Below are positions 37,588 through 49,611 of a stretch of 64,000 nucleotides of DNA, piece by piece (position 1 is the stretch's first letter; each line of letters starts with the position of its first letter). The translations under genes and the position numbers were made by a program. This DNA is from Microthyrium microscopicum (taxonomy: Eukaryota). The notes under the pieces were generated by a model. It was not told the origin of the DNA. It ran no database searches and worked only from the letters and a program-made list of their open reading frames with translations. The stretch lies in NCBI GenBank assembly GCA_010405405.1, contig MU004230.1, positions 1,832,627 to 1,896,626 of the forward strand, given 5' to 3'.

Positions 37588-38345
37588 TCAACTGCTCAAC
37601 CTTGCTCTTGCGATAAAACCAGGGAGGGTCATCAATGCCAATGAAAACATTAAGAAGGCGATAAAAGTTCCAGCACTCGGCCTCAAGGCTCCAGCTGCAT
37701 TTGGCGGGAGTATAAGTATAGTCCCGCAAGCTGCTGCTGCGAAAGTTGGTAGCGGCGCTCCTGCCATGACTTGAGTCGAACAATACGGGCCGCCATTCAC
37801 GACAGCCTTTGGTGTACTGACTGTCGTAACATATACGCCGTTAGCTGGAGCTCCAGGTACTGTTGTTGTTATCACACCGCCTGGCACCTGCACAACAGTC
37901 TGTGGAGCTGTTGCCGTGACTGTTACGGTCTGTATCTGTGCCGCATTCACTGTTCCGCCGCATGTTGAGCCTTGCGCGCAACATCCAACTACGCCATTCG
38001 ACATCATTTGGCAGCTATTTCCTGATGGGCAGCACCTAGATACTATAAGTAAACATGACGATTGCGAGTTTGAAGTACAAACCAGTTCCAGACATTGATG
38101 TTTCCGCAATTCTGAGGCGCATTCGCTGGACATTGCGCAGCAGCGGCGTTCGTCAACGTTGAGCCTTGAGGGCCAACAATATAAATTGCGCCGGAGAATG
38201 GAGCGTAGATGTTGCTTTGCGCTTCTCGTTCGATAAGTTTATCCAGTGCTGGTTCCGATTCTGCATTAGGTTCTGCAGTGACATGACGTAGAAACAACTG
38301 AATCCAGAAGGCTGAAAACAGCGTCGAGCGCCATATTGATAACAT
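37588..38345 (-). CDS. Small secreted Cys-rich protein with a T/V-rich stalk and probable GPI signal
   Basis: Signal peptide and KLIERE pro-region. Cys motif CPANAPQNC...WCCPSGNSC...GCCAQGSTC, and a hydrophobic C-terminus after NAAGALRPS. One intron near 38036-38082. Confidence 0.75.
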
Positions 38346-41289
38346 ATTGTCTGAAGATATGTAGCTCTAGACCACAGCTGACTTGCGAGAACACAGCGAC
38401 ACAGAGGCTATCTCATCGCCTTTTCCAGGAAAGATATTTGCAGAGGTGGGGAGCTCTGACTACAAGTAGGCTGATACTTGGGCAAAGATATCTCTGCCAG
38501 CCTGCCAGGTTCCGACAGCAAGACTTGAGCCAAATCAGGTCTATGAGCCGTTGGGCATTCGTTGGCTTTACCTAGGACGTCGGCTGTCATGAATGACAGG
38601 AATGACAGTTGACAATTGAAGCAGAACACAAGGAAAAACCTGGAAACATGATGAAGTGGAGTGCACCACCACAGACAGAAATCCTTCAAACGCCCTCCAT
38701 TGTCCTACCTATCCCAGTCGGAAGAGATGCAGAAAAGGTGGTGTAAAGATTGCGGCACATGGACATGCTCTCCTCCATGCAAGACATCCGCCAATTGGAG
38801 ATCGATTGCAGCGATGGGTCTAGAATCAAGCTTGATAACCCTGGGGGTTTGCCTGCAGCTATCGAACCAGATGCGGCATGGAATCACCACGCTTTCCTGG
38901 GATGAAATTCCAGCCTTGATTTGGGCATTATTTTGTACTCTTTTTTTGGGTTTGATGCATATCTTACTAGGTAGCTTGATGATGTGAAAATGTTTGTTCT
39001 TGATTGCTGGAAACAAACAGTCTTCCATTGGCATGGGCATGATCAATGACTGACTTGCCCGTCACAGCTCTACATTGTCTTTGTCAAGCCAAATTGGCGA
39101 TTGCTATATATTGCTTTTCAATCGCCTAGGTTGTATTTAAAGTGATACCAAGACAAGGCCCGGGCCGAAAATTGGGGAGGCTGGTCAAACTCATTTGCCT
39201 ATGATCCCGTCAGGGTGTTTCCCTATTCTTTTATGAAATACGTATGTACTACTGACAATACGGAGAAATCTGAATGTCGCTCGAACCATCATCTACACAA
39301 GCACGACCGGGAAGACTTGGAGGGTGGTCTTGCCGCCTTTCGTAGAGTATGTGTTATATCGTACAGCTTTCAAACGATCTGGCGCAAACATCAAGCACTT
39401 CGACAACCTCTAAATTAGTCTGCGCTCAAGATTATCGAGCTCAGGAAATCTCATTTAGTCAATACAATTCCACGTTAAGGCCTTTTATATGTCGCCGTAG
39501 GAGTCAGTCAGTCAGAAGAGAAGAACTATTGAAGCTACCGGTAACACCTTAGCGTCATAAATATCTATGAACAGCTGGAGGCCGACACATATTGGTTGCA
39601 GTTCTACAGAGGTAAAATAGGGGTACGGAGTAAGAAGAATAGCTTGTATAAGATCAGTCAACGATCCTACAACTTCGATCCAAGATCACAGGAATCATTC
39701 ACGCATGGTGCGTTTCATGGAACAATAAATGCGGATCGTATGCCTGAGCATTGATGGTATTCCAATGTGCCTGTCTCATGCTCATTAAGAAGTGGGCTGG
39801 GATAGCTCATCTTACTGTCAGCTCCTCGAACTATGTATTCAACTACGAGGACAGGATTCTCACGTTATTTAATCTGCCTCGGAACAACCATTTGCGACGC
39901 CAAAACGACTTCAGTCCAATAACATTTGAATAGTACAACCGCCAAATCAACCTTGATGTATTTTAGCCTTGTTGCTCTCATTTAGAGGATGGCAATCACA
40001 AATTACTCTCCCACATGTGTCAATTCACCTAAGAGCACCGCTACTTGATGGGACTGACTGCCGACCGCTACGCGGTCCTTAAGGTGGACTGAGCCCGTTC
40101 GTTGAGCCAGGAAATTGGAATCGGAATATCTTTAAATAGCAGGACAGCTGTCAATTGTGATTTGTGGTTCCAATCGGGGCAAGATAATGCAGCATAATGG
40201 AGAAAATTCATGGCCGATCCCAATTCACCACAATACGGCCACTTTGTAGACCTTGCCTCACTACAACGACTTGAATTAAACGAGTAACGAGCAGACAATA
40301 CTTAATGAGGAGTTTAAACGACGGTGGTCCGGCATAGGAACAATTAACTCCTCTTACAAGTTGGTCTGGATAAAGTGTCCAAAGCGACTGAACCTTGTTC
40401 GGTAGCGCTATGATCGGAAAAAGTATGGACAGCTTGGGCGATTCGAGGGCGATTCGTCTATTTATACTCTTCACCAATGGGCTGATTACTGACAGAACAT
40501 TAGGTGATGCTCTGATTAGATGAGGAGATGTATGACAGGTCTGATTATGCCAGGTCACACAAGTTACGGGAAGTATTTATAAGAAAAGGAGATCTCCATT
40601 CTTTCGGGCCTATACCCGTATTTCAGTCCAGTGACTACCTTCTAAGATAGCCGAGCTTTGAGAGTTTAATATTGCCATCTATAGCAGTGGAATAGACATT
40701 ACGTGATAAATTGGCTATATGAGCCCCTTCAACAGAGAACTCCGGCTTGGAAGGCATCTCATTTCATGCATGGTGTGTTGTCTAAATTAATGCATGGTAT
40801 TCTATTACAGTTAGATTTTTGGAATACAGTCAGGATCGGTGTTCTCGGGCATTGCTCCCAGGGTATGGAAGAGCTTTCTAAAACCCTATATGATCGCGAA
40901 ATTACGTTCTATTGAATATCATCACTTCTTATAGCATGCCCTCTAGAGTTGTAACGTATTCTACTCGTTGAAGGCAAACTTTAAATGAGAGCCAGAACAC
41001 ACTTCCTCTCCACCCAATTAGCAGTTCCCTAGCCTTGTTGAATGAGGCCATTTAAGTCTTTATTGCCTAAATATAGCAGTCCTGTGGTTCACCCAGCATA
41101 TAAGAGTGATCTGCCTCGTGTTTATAATTGGTCCTGAATAACGAGGGAATATGGGGTAAGTCTTGATTCACTGATTGATACCATTATATAGTGATAGTGC
41201 TAGCCAGTTTCTTGGTCCACCAGCTGTTCTTTACCTCACTCCTTTATTTTGTAAATTATACTTATCTTCAATCGTTTTTTCTTGCCAAA

Positions 41290-42172
41290 ATGCTCAGCCT
41301 TTCGACGTACCTCGCTATTTTGGGAAGCGTTTCCCACGTCCTGGGACAACAGGGTGCTGCACCCAGTGGCCCTCCTCCTCTTCCAGCCGATGCTCAGAGC
41401 CTACCTGCCGACTGCAAAGCCATCCTCTCCCATGCCGGCACCAAATCGAGCGGCGAAGAACACTTTGTTTCCTTCAAACTCTCAGCTACGGCAGCAGATG
41501 TCAGCTCTGTGCTCGGTTTGCCTGCATTGAGCGGTGTCAAGGCCATCCAGTCATACACACAAGACTTCGATCGAGGATTCACTGCCAAGTTGACCTACCA
41601 ACAAATCTGCGCAGTTGACAAGGACCCAAAGGTGAGCTCTTGGAAATAGTTTAGATACCGAGGGAAACAGCTTGCTGACTGATTGATAATAGGTAGCAAT
41701 TGTCCTAGCATGCGACGCCCAGCTCTGCGCACCCGCAAAGACACCCGATAAGCCCGTTCCTGGTCCCGGAAGTGCTGGAATCAAGGGTGCTCCCGATACC
41801 ACTGGACTAAACGCACAATGCGCCAAGGTCGTCTGGTATACCGTGACAGAATACGACCCAGCTACCATTGACCCAGGCAAGTATGTTGCCGAGACCAAGA
41901 TCTGGGTTCTACAAAAGGAAGCCGATGCCTTTTTCCTCGGTCTCCCAGGTATCATCCGAAACCAAGCTGCTGAGGCAGATGGATTCTATGCTGGAAAGTG
42001 GACCAATCAACAACTCTGCGATATTGAGAAGAGTGGACTTGTGAGTAGTCTGGGAATTGACAGTACAATTTTCCGCTTGCTAATCATATACCAGGTTTCA
42101 CGAGTAGAGACAATGGAACTTCCAGGCGCAGCCCCTAATACTCCCAAGGCAAAAGGTGGTTCAAAGTTTTAG
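41290..42172 (+). CDS. Secreted protein with two tandem peptidase-inhibitor I9 (subtilisin propeptide)-like domains
   Basis: Signal peptide MLSLSTYLAILGSVSHVLG. Domain 1: HFVSFK...SYTQDFDRGFTAKLTYQQICAVDKDPKVAIV. Domain 2: GKYVAETK...GFYAGKWTNQQLCDIEKSGLVSRVE. Introns 41632-41692 and 42041-42094. Confidence 0.72.
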
Positions 42173-42707
42173 ATTTGGGCTCTCAAAAGTCGGATATGCA
42201 GATAATGTCAGAATGAACCGGTGAATAGTAGTCAAAAGTTCTGCCACCTGTTTATCCTTCCTATTCAGGTGCAATTTGACTTTAAGCACCGCGAACATAT
42301 AAAGGATTTAAGAGAAGAAATAATGATTTGCTTGAATAAGGTAATTAAGAGTGTGTTTATCGAAGCATGCGTTAACATATGGACGGCTAAAAAGTGCAGA
42401 GCAAGGCTGAAGACAAGGCTGAAATAAGGCTGACAGGGGTACTGCGACAAGCCATAACGCGAGATTTTGCAAATGTGGCGTTGATTTGCCGCGTCTTATC
42501 GTGACACCTTTTGAGTATTAAACTCTTGTGCTATCATCAAATGCAGTATGAAGTAACTGTTGGCAAACTTGTCGGGTTGCCGATAGCTTTGTATAACAAT
42601 ATGTTACGACATTGACATGTTGGCTGGTTGAACGTGTAACGTGTTACAAACAAACCCCTGAGATCTGAGGCTCTCTGGGACTTTCATCAGACATTAGCGG
42701 AGATCTA

Positions 42708-43381
42708 TGGGCGGCGATAACCATTCCATAACAATTACTAAAATGCAAGCGTTTCCAGAGCGTTTACTACTAGAAAACGCTTTGCATAATAAGCGTTATT
42801 TTATATAAATGTTTCGAGCCAATAATCGTTACTAGAGCGCTTTGAAGAATAAGCGTTTCGAAAGAATAAGCGTTTCGAGAGAGGAAGCGTTATTCACGTG
42901 ATAAGAAAATCTTTCTGACTCACCTTTTGGAAGTAGGGATTTCACTATATATGCTTATTTAGCCCAATCATAGTTAGTTTTCTTAGATGTCATGCATATG
43001 CCGATCCTTAGTGTAAAATAAATCTTTCTTTGTAATTAAGCCTAGCTCGTTTTAGCTTGTAAATTTCTCCTCGTAAATTAGTCAATTCATGTAATCTCCT
43101 TGGGTCAATTCTCACAGCCGTAGCAAAAAAAGTTTTCTTAAAAATTAATAAGAGTCCTTTGCCAAGTACGAGGAACTAGCTAGAAACAGTAAGGTTCTTT
43201 TTTTGGCTTTACTTGAGAGTAATTGCTTACTAACTTTGGCTCAGAAACGTTTATTCGACCGAAACGCTTATTTTTGGGAACGGTTAAAATGAAATTATGG
43301 TTTCAGAACTATTGTTACGCAGAAAGCGCTTCCCCATTATAACCGTTCCATAACAGCTCTACAATGGTTATTTACCCCCTG
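42708..43381. mobile_element. Degenerate AT-rich non-autonomous DNA transposon (MITE-like)
   Basis: Imperfect terminal inverted repeats: TA|TGGGCGGCGATAACCATT and AATGGTTATTTACCCCCTG|TA. Many AAGCGTTT/AAACGCTT subterminal repeats and a TpA-rich core. Confidence 0.6.
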
Positions 43382-43496
43382 TAACACCCGCTAATGGACT
43401 GTGGGTCGGTACAACTTAAAATCGCATGCCAAGTGCGGCTTGGTGGTCTTGGAAGTTGATGTGAATCAGGGATACAGAGATAGTGTTTCAATGATA

Positions 43497-43972
43497 CAGT
43501 GTCATCAGGGTTCTCTTACCCCCCCCCTGAATTTATGAAATGGCGCTTCGGGGCCTGATTGGAGGGCGGCAGGATCTGAAGAGTGTGTTAGTATGCAAAT
43601 TTGTTGGCGCAGCCCCTTAGATCAATCTTACCAACTCCATCATCTTCCCAAATCATAATATTATCCGCCCTGAAGCCAAATCTTCATCGAATTTCTTGAT
43701 TTTTAGTGCTTTGATGCATCTTCAGGTTAGTAGTGAGTATTTATTCAATATCAGGATTTGGATTCTACGTTGTTAATATGGCTTCAAAAGCGACCCAAGA
43801 TGTGGTATTTAGGAAGGATGGTTTTCAAGGGGCTGCTAATGGGCCGCGACCGGGAGGCGCCCTACAAATTTGCACTGTAACGCCCATCCCGCCCCGAAGA
43901 TCCACCCAATTACGGCCTGAAGCCCCATTTTACGTTTTCAAGGGGGAGGGTAAGAGAACCCTGATGACACTG
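43497..43972. mobile_element. Tc1/mariner-type MITE, 476 bp
   Basis: Perfect 25-bp terminal inverted repeat CAGTGTCATCAGGGTTCTCTTACCC. TA on both sides (43495-43496 and 43973-43974). Imperfect inverted symmetry extends far inward. No transposase ORF. Confidence 0.9.
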
Positions 43973-44979
43973 TAAGGAGTGGTGAAATATCAATCCTGTT
44001 GTTGCCAGTTGGTCTGAGCCTTGATGTGCCGAGGAGCTTTGACGAGAGCTTTGAGGTACCTGTCGATCCTGACTTAATTTTAGCCCAAGTAGCATTTTGA
44101 TAGTGGCGTTGTATGTCTAGCTTAAAGTTCCACTCGTGTTCGTCAACCATACGCGTGTTGTTGGTGTTTGCGAGAGGATAAAATCGGGGAGCATAGGAAA
44201 GGGGCGTGCAGGCGGTACCGCCGATGACGTTGTGGCAAAAAAACACAATCTGAAAACTTAACAGACGGTTGAAGACTTTTTGCGCGGCTATCCACTTAAT
44301 TGCAAGAGTAATCCTAGATGTAGCAAAAGCGGCTCCTTGATAGTCGTGTCAAAATTTGGAGCTATATCGGCTATATGCCCAATAGCCACCTCCATGTGAA
44401 ACTCTTCTCAGCCTCCTTTTGCGCTTTGGGTCGTCGCTGGGATAATCTTTGCTGTTTCGAAGATTATACCGGCTTCTATCTAGCCTTGGAAGCAGTTGTG
44501 GATTTCTCCCACGCTGGCCAAGCTCGATTAGGATCCTCGTCGCGGAATGCTTTCCAGAGCTCTGGAAATATGTGTGGAACCGATGCTTTCCGAAGCATTC
44601 CTTAACCACCAAACAGCTCGTTGATACAGCTAAAGGTAAGATCCCTGATGAACAACGCAACCTCTCTTACCTTCTCATAACTACCAGGCACTTCTGCTAG
44701 ATGTATGATATTTTCGATTCCTCCGTTTGCTCTTTGCCTTTGCTTGTCACTTTCTCACCTCACCTCAACTCTTTCACTTGACGCTTTTTTTATCAGCCTT
44801 GCCACAAGCCGGAATGCGTCAGCCAAGTAATTGAATCTCCGCACGGCTATCAACATACCACTTTTCAGACTTCAGGCAAGAGGTCCATTTGCTTTCTATC
44901 AAATTCAGCGTCCCAGTCTTTAATCCTCTCACGTCGTAAATTTTCAGTCCTCACCACAATCGTTACATCGGAAATCGTC

Positions 44980-47817
44980 ATGTCCACACCAGTCCATGAA
45001 AGAGAGTCGGTAGAACTCCATGATCCGCAACATGAATTTTCGCCAAAACGCTCTGGTGACGATGACGGAACTGTTGTAGGTGAAGGCTCAGTCCGCCATC
45101 ATTCACCTCCCCGGAAAGAACGCGCTCACCTGGCAGTTCATATCGAGGACAATCACTCCAGCCATCTACGCTCGTTACCATCGCCCAGTAGGGCCAGAGA
45201 AGCAGGGAAACGGCTGGATGATGATTTAACCATGTTACAAGTGGAGCGACAAGTGTCTGCGGAAGAAGATCAGCAAGATCCATCAAGAGATCTATCACAT
45301 ACTCGGTCGATTCGCCGTAGCAAATCCAGAAGAGAAGAACCACCAGATGATTTTGATATCGTGACAAGTCCCACTCACGACAAATCCAATATTTACAAGC
45401 CTCCGGAGAACCCGAATACTAGTGCTGGCAAAATCTTCAAGAAAATCCACGGTTCCTCTTTCCTAGTTCGGTACTTTCTGTACATCACACCACTCGCAGC
45501 GTTGATTCTGATTCCACTACTCCTTGCCGCGTTCCTCTTCAAGAGTGCTTCTGTCGGTGGAGTCCGCTTGATGTGGTTCTGCATCTGGCTTGAGATTGTA
45601 TGGCTTTCATTATGGGCTGGAAGAATCGTTGCAAAGTGCCTACCATGGCCTATGGGTCTAATTTCGAGCCTTTTCACCAACAACAGCAAGAAATGGCGCG
45701 ATCTTGGCAAGCAGCTTGAGATTCCAGCAACTCTATTCTTCTGGGGACTGGCTTTTGAGATATCATTCCTACCAACCATGGTCAATCATCACGTCAATGG
45801 TAATACAGCTACCAGGCACTGGGAAGGCGTCATGAACAAAGTCATCATCGCCATGTTCGTTGGATTGATCTTGAACTTCATTGAAAAAATCATCATGCAG
45901 CTTATAGCCATCAGCTTTCACCTGCGCACATATGCTGATCGCATCGAAGTCAACAAATTTCAAATTGCGAGTCTGGTCAAGTTGTACGAATTCTCCAAGC
46001 AAAAGATCGATCTTCCTGATCGGGAATTTGAGGAAAAGTCAGGAGCAGCATCTGGAACCCGTACACCTGGCCAACTCGTCAAAGAAGCTCAAAAGAATAC
46101 TGTCGAGGGATTCAAAAAGGTTGCGGATGTTGCCGGAAAGATTGCCGGTGACTTTACCGGTCGCGATATTGCCATGATGTCTAATCACCCTCATCAAGTC
46201 ATCCTTACGCTCCTCGCAACAACTGAAGCAAGTCAGGTTCTCGCTCGTCGTCTTTATCGGACATTTTGTCAAGATGACACTGAAACTGTGCATGCTGATG
46301 ATTTGCGTCCGGCTTTTATCAATGACGACGAAGCAGATGCAGCATTTACCATGTTCGACAAGGACATGAATGGAGATATCTCTATGGAAGAGCTTGAATC
46401 TGTCTGTGTCGAAATTGGTCGAGAGCGAAAGTCGATAACTGCCTCTCTCAAAGACCTTGACAGTGTGGTTGGCAAGCTTAATGACGTATTTGTCTTCGTG
46501 GTGATTGTTATCACAGTGCTGGTTTTCATTTCCTTGATCTCAACCTCTGCCGCTGGAGTCTTGACTTCTGCTGGATCCACCGTACTCGCTTTATCTTGGC
46601 TTTTCTCTGCTACCGCTCAGGAATTCCTCCAGTCCATTATCTTTGTCTTCGTTAAGCATCCATTTGACGTAGGTGACCGAGTTAGCATTTACGGCAACAC
46701 AGGCTCTACTCTTAAAGGCGATGACTACTTCGTCAAAGAAATATCTCTTCTCTACACCGAGTTCAAGAAAATGGAAGGCCACGTGGTGCAGGCACCTAAC
46801 AGCTATCTCAATACACTCTTCATTCTTAATCAGCGCCGCTCTGGTGGCTTAGCCGAAGCGCTCCCGGTTATCATCAAATTCGGCACCACTCTGGAACAAA
46901 TTGAAACTCTCAGAGAACAACTTCTCGAATTCGTAACATCCGAAAAGCGAGAGTATCAAGACAAAATTCTAACCGAACTTCGGGACGTGACTGAAGCACA
47001 CTCGATCACATTGAACATTGTCTTCTTCTATAAATCAAACTGGCAAAACGAGCTACTGCGTCTCCAACGACGTAACAAATTCATCTGCGCTCTCATGGTC
47101 TCCATGCAAGAACTTGGCATTGAGGGTCCTCGCATGCGCTACCCAGGCCAGAAAGAGTCCTTCCCAGTCTATCTACAACACGCGGGTGGCAATGGCGGCA
47201 TGGCTAACTCTGGATCAGCTCCTGGCCCATTCGGCTCACCAAACCCCGATTCTCACCCAGCAGAGCAGCCCTTCGTTGAACCTGTAAACGATGGCAATTC
47301 CGGCCGCCGCAGCAGTATAGTCCGACGACCACGAGGCGAATCACTCGCCCAAATGGGTCGACGTGTAGATTTCTCCTTAGGCATGCGCGATGTTGCTAGT
47401 GGAGATCTTACCGGCGACGTGTATGAAGACCGTAAACGCCTTCGAGTCCCACCGTTGCCATCACCAGGTCGGGGTCCTACATCCCCTGACCGCCGTGGTG
47501 TCAGCTCTGAGATTGGTCGTTCCAGCAGCGTTAGAGTTTCGTCCAATCTCCCACGGAACCGATTGACCCGTGTGGGCACCGATAGCTCGGCAGCAGGCGA
47601 GCGAGAAAACCATAGAAATCGTTTCTTTTCAAGATATCGATCGCGCGACGATACCGATGTAGAGGCTGGCATAACAAGTATTCCTGAACATGAGAGAGAA
47701 AGATTGGATCCGCGTAGTGGAACAGTCACTCCACGGGCGTGGAAAAGTAACGAAAGTGTTGGACCAGAAGTTGGAGGACCCTCCGAATTGAGACCAAAAC
47801 CTGGGTCTAGGGGATGA
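44980..47817 (+). CDS. MscS-like mechanosensitive ion channel with EF-hand (Msy1/Msy2 type), intronless
   Basis: Multiple TM helices, EF-hand FDKDMNGDISMEE, and the MscS core FVKHPFDVGDRV...VQAPNSYLNTLFILNQRRS. Confidence 0.92.
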   Translation: MSTPVHERESVELHDPQHEFSPKRSGDDDGTVVGEGSVRHHSPPRKERAHLAVHIEDNHSSHLRSLPSPSRAREAGKRLDDDLTMLQVERQVSAEEDQQDPSRDLSHTRSIRRSKSRREEPPDDFDIVTSPTHDKSNIYKPPENPNTSAGKIFKKIHGSSFLVRYFLYITPLAALILIPLLLAAFLFKSASVGGVRLMWFCIWLEIVWLSLWAGRIVAKCLPWPMGLISSLFTNNSKKWRDLGKQLEIPATLFFWGLAFEISFLPTMVNHHVNGNTATRHWEGVMNKVIIAMFVGLILNFIEKIIMQLIAISFHLRTYADRIEVNKFQIASLVKLYEFSKQKIDLPDREFEEKSGAASGTRTPGQLVKEAQKNTVEGFKKVADVAGKIAGDFTGRDIAMMSNHPHQVILTLLATTEASQVLARRLYRTFCQDDTETVHADDLRPAFINDDEADAAFTMFDKDMNGDISMEELESVCVEIGRERKSITASLKDLDSVVGKLNDVFVFVVIVITVLVFISLISTSAAGVLTSAGSTVLALSWLFSATAQEFLQSIIFVFVKHPFDVGDRVSIYGNTGSTLKGDDYFVKEISLLYTEFKKMEGHVVQAPNSYLNTLFILNQRRSGGLAEALPVIIKFGTTLEQIETLREQLLEFVTSEKREYQDKILTELRDVTEAHSITLNIVFFYKSNWQNELLRLQRRNKFICALMVSMQELGIEGPRMRYPGQKESFPVYLQHAGGNGGMANSGSAPGPFGSPNPDSHPAEQPFVEPVNDGNSGRRSSIVRRPRGESLAQMGRRVDFSLGMRDVASGDLTGDVYEDRKRLRVPPLPSPGRGPTSPDRRGVSSEIGRSSSVRVSSNLPRNRLTRVGTDSSAAGERENHRNRFFSRYRSRDDTDVEAGITSIPEHERERLDPRSGTVTPRAWKSNESVGPEVGGPSELRPKPGSRG

Positions 47818-49611
47818 TTTAGCAACGCATTACTTACGGCTGATTGAAAAGTGCATTTCTAGGCGTTTATTTATACCAGATAGAACTTACCAAAACCAAA
47901 TGGTGGTAAAAGATAGAAATAGTTACGCTCAGCTATTGCTCGAGTTTAGTGGCTCTAATTTGATGTTTTGTAATGCATTCTTCTCCAAATCAGTCTACTA
48001 GCCCAAGGGCCCTTGGGCACCTCGTGTGCAACTTGATGAGTAGCGCTTCCTGACGATAATGTACAAGTGATTTATGTACAGTCCCAAAACTCCTTTCAAA
48101 TGCTGCATTTCGAGACATTATGTTATACCCATTCTTCCTGCTGTCGACACATCTTTGAATTCGATTGTAGCTTTTAAGCGCTCAGAGCCGTCGAGCAGGC
48201 CCTCCTCAACCCTCTCTCCGTTGTGCCGGTACCACATCCTCGAACTCGTCCGTTCCAATTGCCTTCAGCGTGTATACATCTATCCAGTCACTGCATTAGC
48301 ACAATTCCCTTGCGCTCCGCCACCAGCGACTTACAAGCAGCCATCGTGAAGCCCACTATCGATACACCGACGAGTGCATTTTTAAACAGATATGGCCGAC
48401 GTGCGCGGATGAGCGAAGCGCCTTGTCGGAATGTTCGATCGTAGTAACTTGAGGGGCGGATTCTGAAGGCTATGTTAGTCGCTGCGGTTTCGATCTGGCT
48501 CGGAGGGTACGCACGATCCGTAAGGCATGTCGATTGAGTTATATGTGCATTTGATAGTGGAGTGGAAACAAGCTGATTTGTTTACTGGAAGCTGGGAGTG
48601 TCTGGGTGATCTTGCTCATTGATGCCAGGACGTTAAAATTGAGTCGCAAGATGTTGGCCTGGTTGCCTTAGCGCCTTGGCTTGCCACGTTTTCTACCTCG
48701 TGCCATCGAGCTCGTGGTCTGCAGGAACAACACTTCATTGAATAATCGGATATTTATTGGTCTAGGCACTGTTGCATCAACTCAGACCCCATTGTTGATA
48801 TACAAATACACGTTCCGTAAACCTCGTGCCGTGCCTATGGGCCGAGAAGTGCAACAGCTACTATCCATTTCTGTCATGGCGAACCTAATTGATGGGCAAC
48901 AGAGGTATCAACTAGCAATGCTACGAGCATTGAATTCCAGCACAAATGGCATCCCAGCTGGATTCGTTCAAGCACAGTTGGGCACCAGTGAGCTGGGACA
49001 CGATAATTGGCCCGAGTACAAGCAACCACTTTCTACTAGCGACCTTCGCCTTTGAGCGCCTCGTAGTATTACGGCATTGATGAACTACTGGACTAACTTG
49101 AGAGGTAGCCAACCGACTGACAGACTATCAACGGAAATGGCGTTGCGACGTTACTATAGAAGGGAAGTGACGCCCTAATGCGGCACCGCGAGCACATCTT
49201 CGTGCAGGAAGTATGCTGCCAGCCAGCCATACGTAGATGTCCCTTCAGGATATAATAGTTCTGACGATATATGCAGTATCCCGATATTGTGGGGTACAAT
49301 TGCGGCTCCGAATTCAAAAGGATCAATGGAAAGGTGCACGAAGAACGCTCTTACCAGATAGGGCAATGTGAGATATAGACCACGAGAGCAATTGCCCAAA
49401 CGAAACACTGGACGTTTGAGCCCTCGAGATAGCGATGTTGCTGCTGTCACAGTGCTGACCAGATGGCTCATGCGTACTAACCCGTGGTAATGAGCCTCCA
49501 ATGTTTATATGCTCTTGGCTCCTTTGCTACTTCATCTCCTATTCTCCAAACTCCTACTTTCCAATGTATTAACAGATCCAACACCAAACCCGATCAAGAA
49601 CAACGCCTACG

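Noticed and set aside
42158..42172. C-terminal SKF as a peroxisomal PTS1 on the I9-like protein
   Set aside because: An N-terminal signal peptide would dominate targeting, so this is likely coincidental.
48074..49501. Several 60-125 aa ORFs upstream of the permease
   Set aside because: They lack coding-like composition and domains. I treated them as intergenic or promoter DNA.
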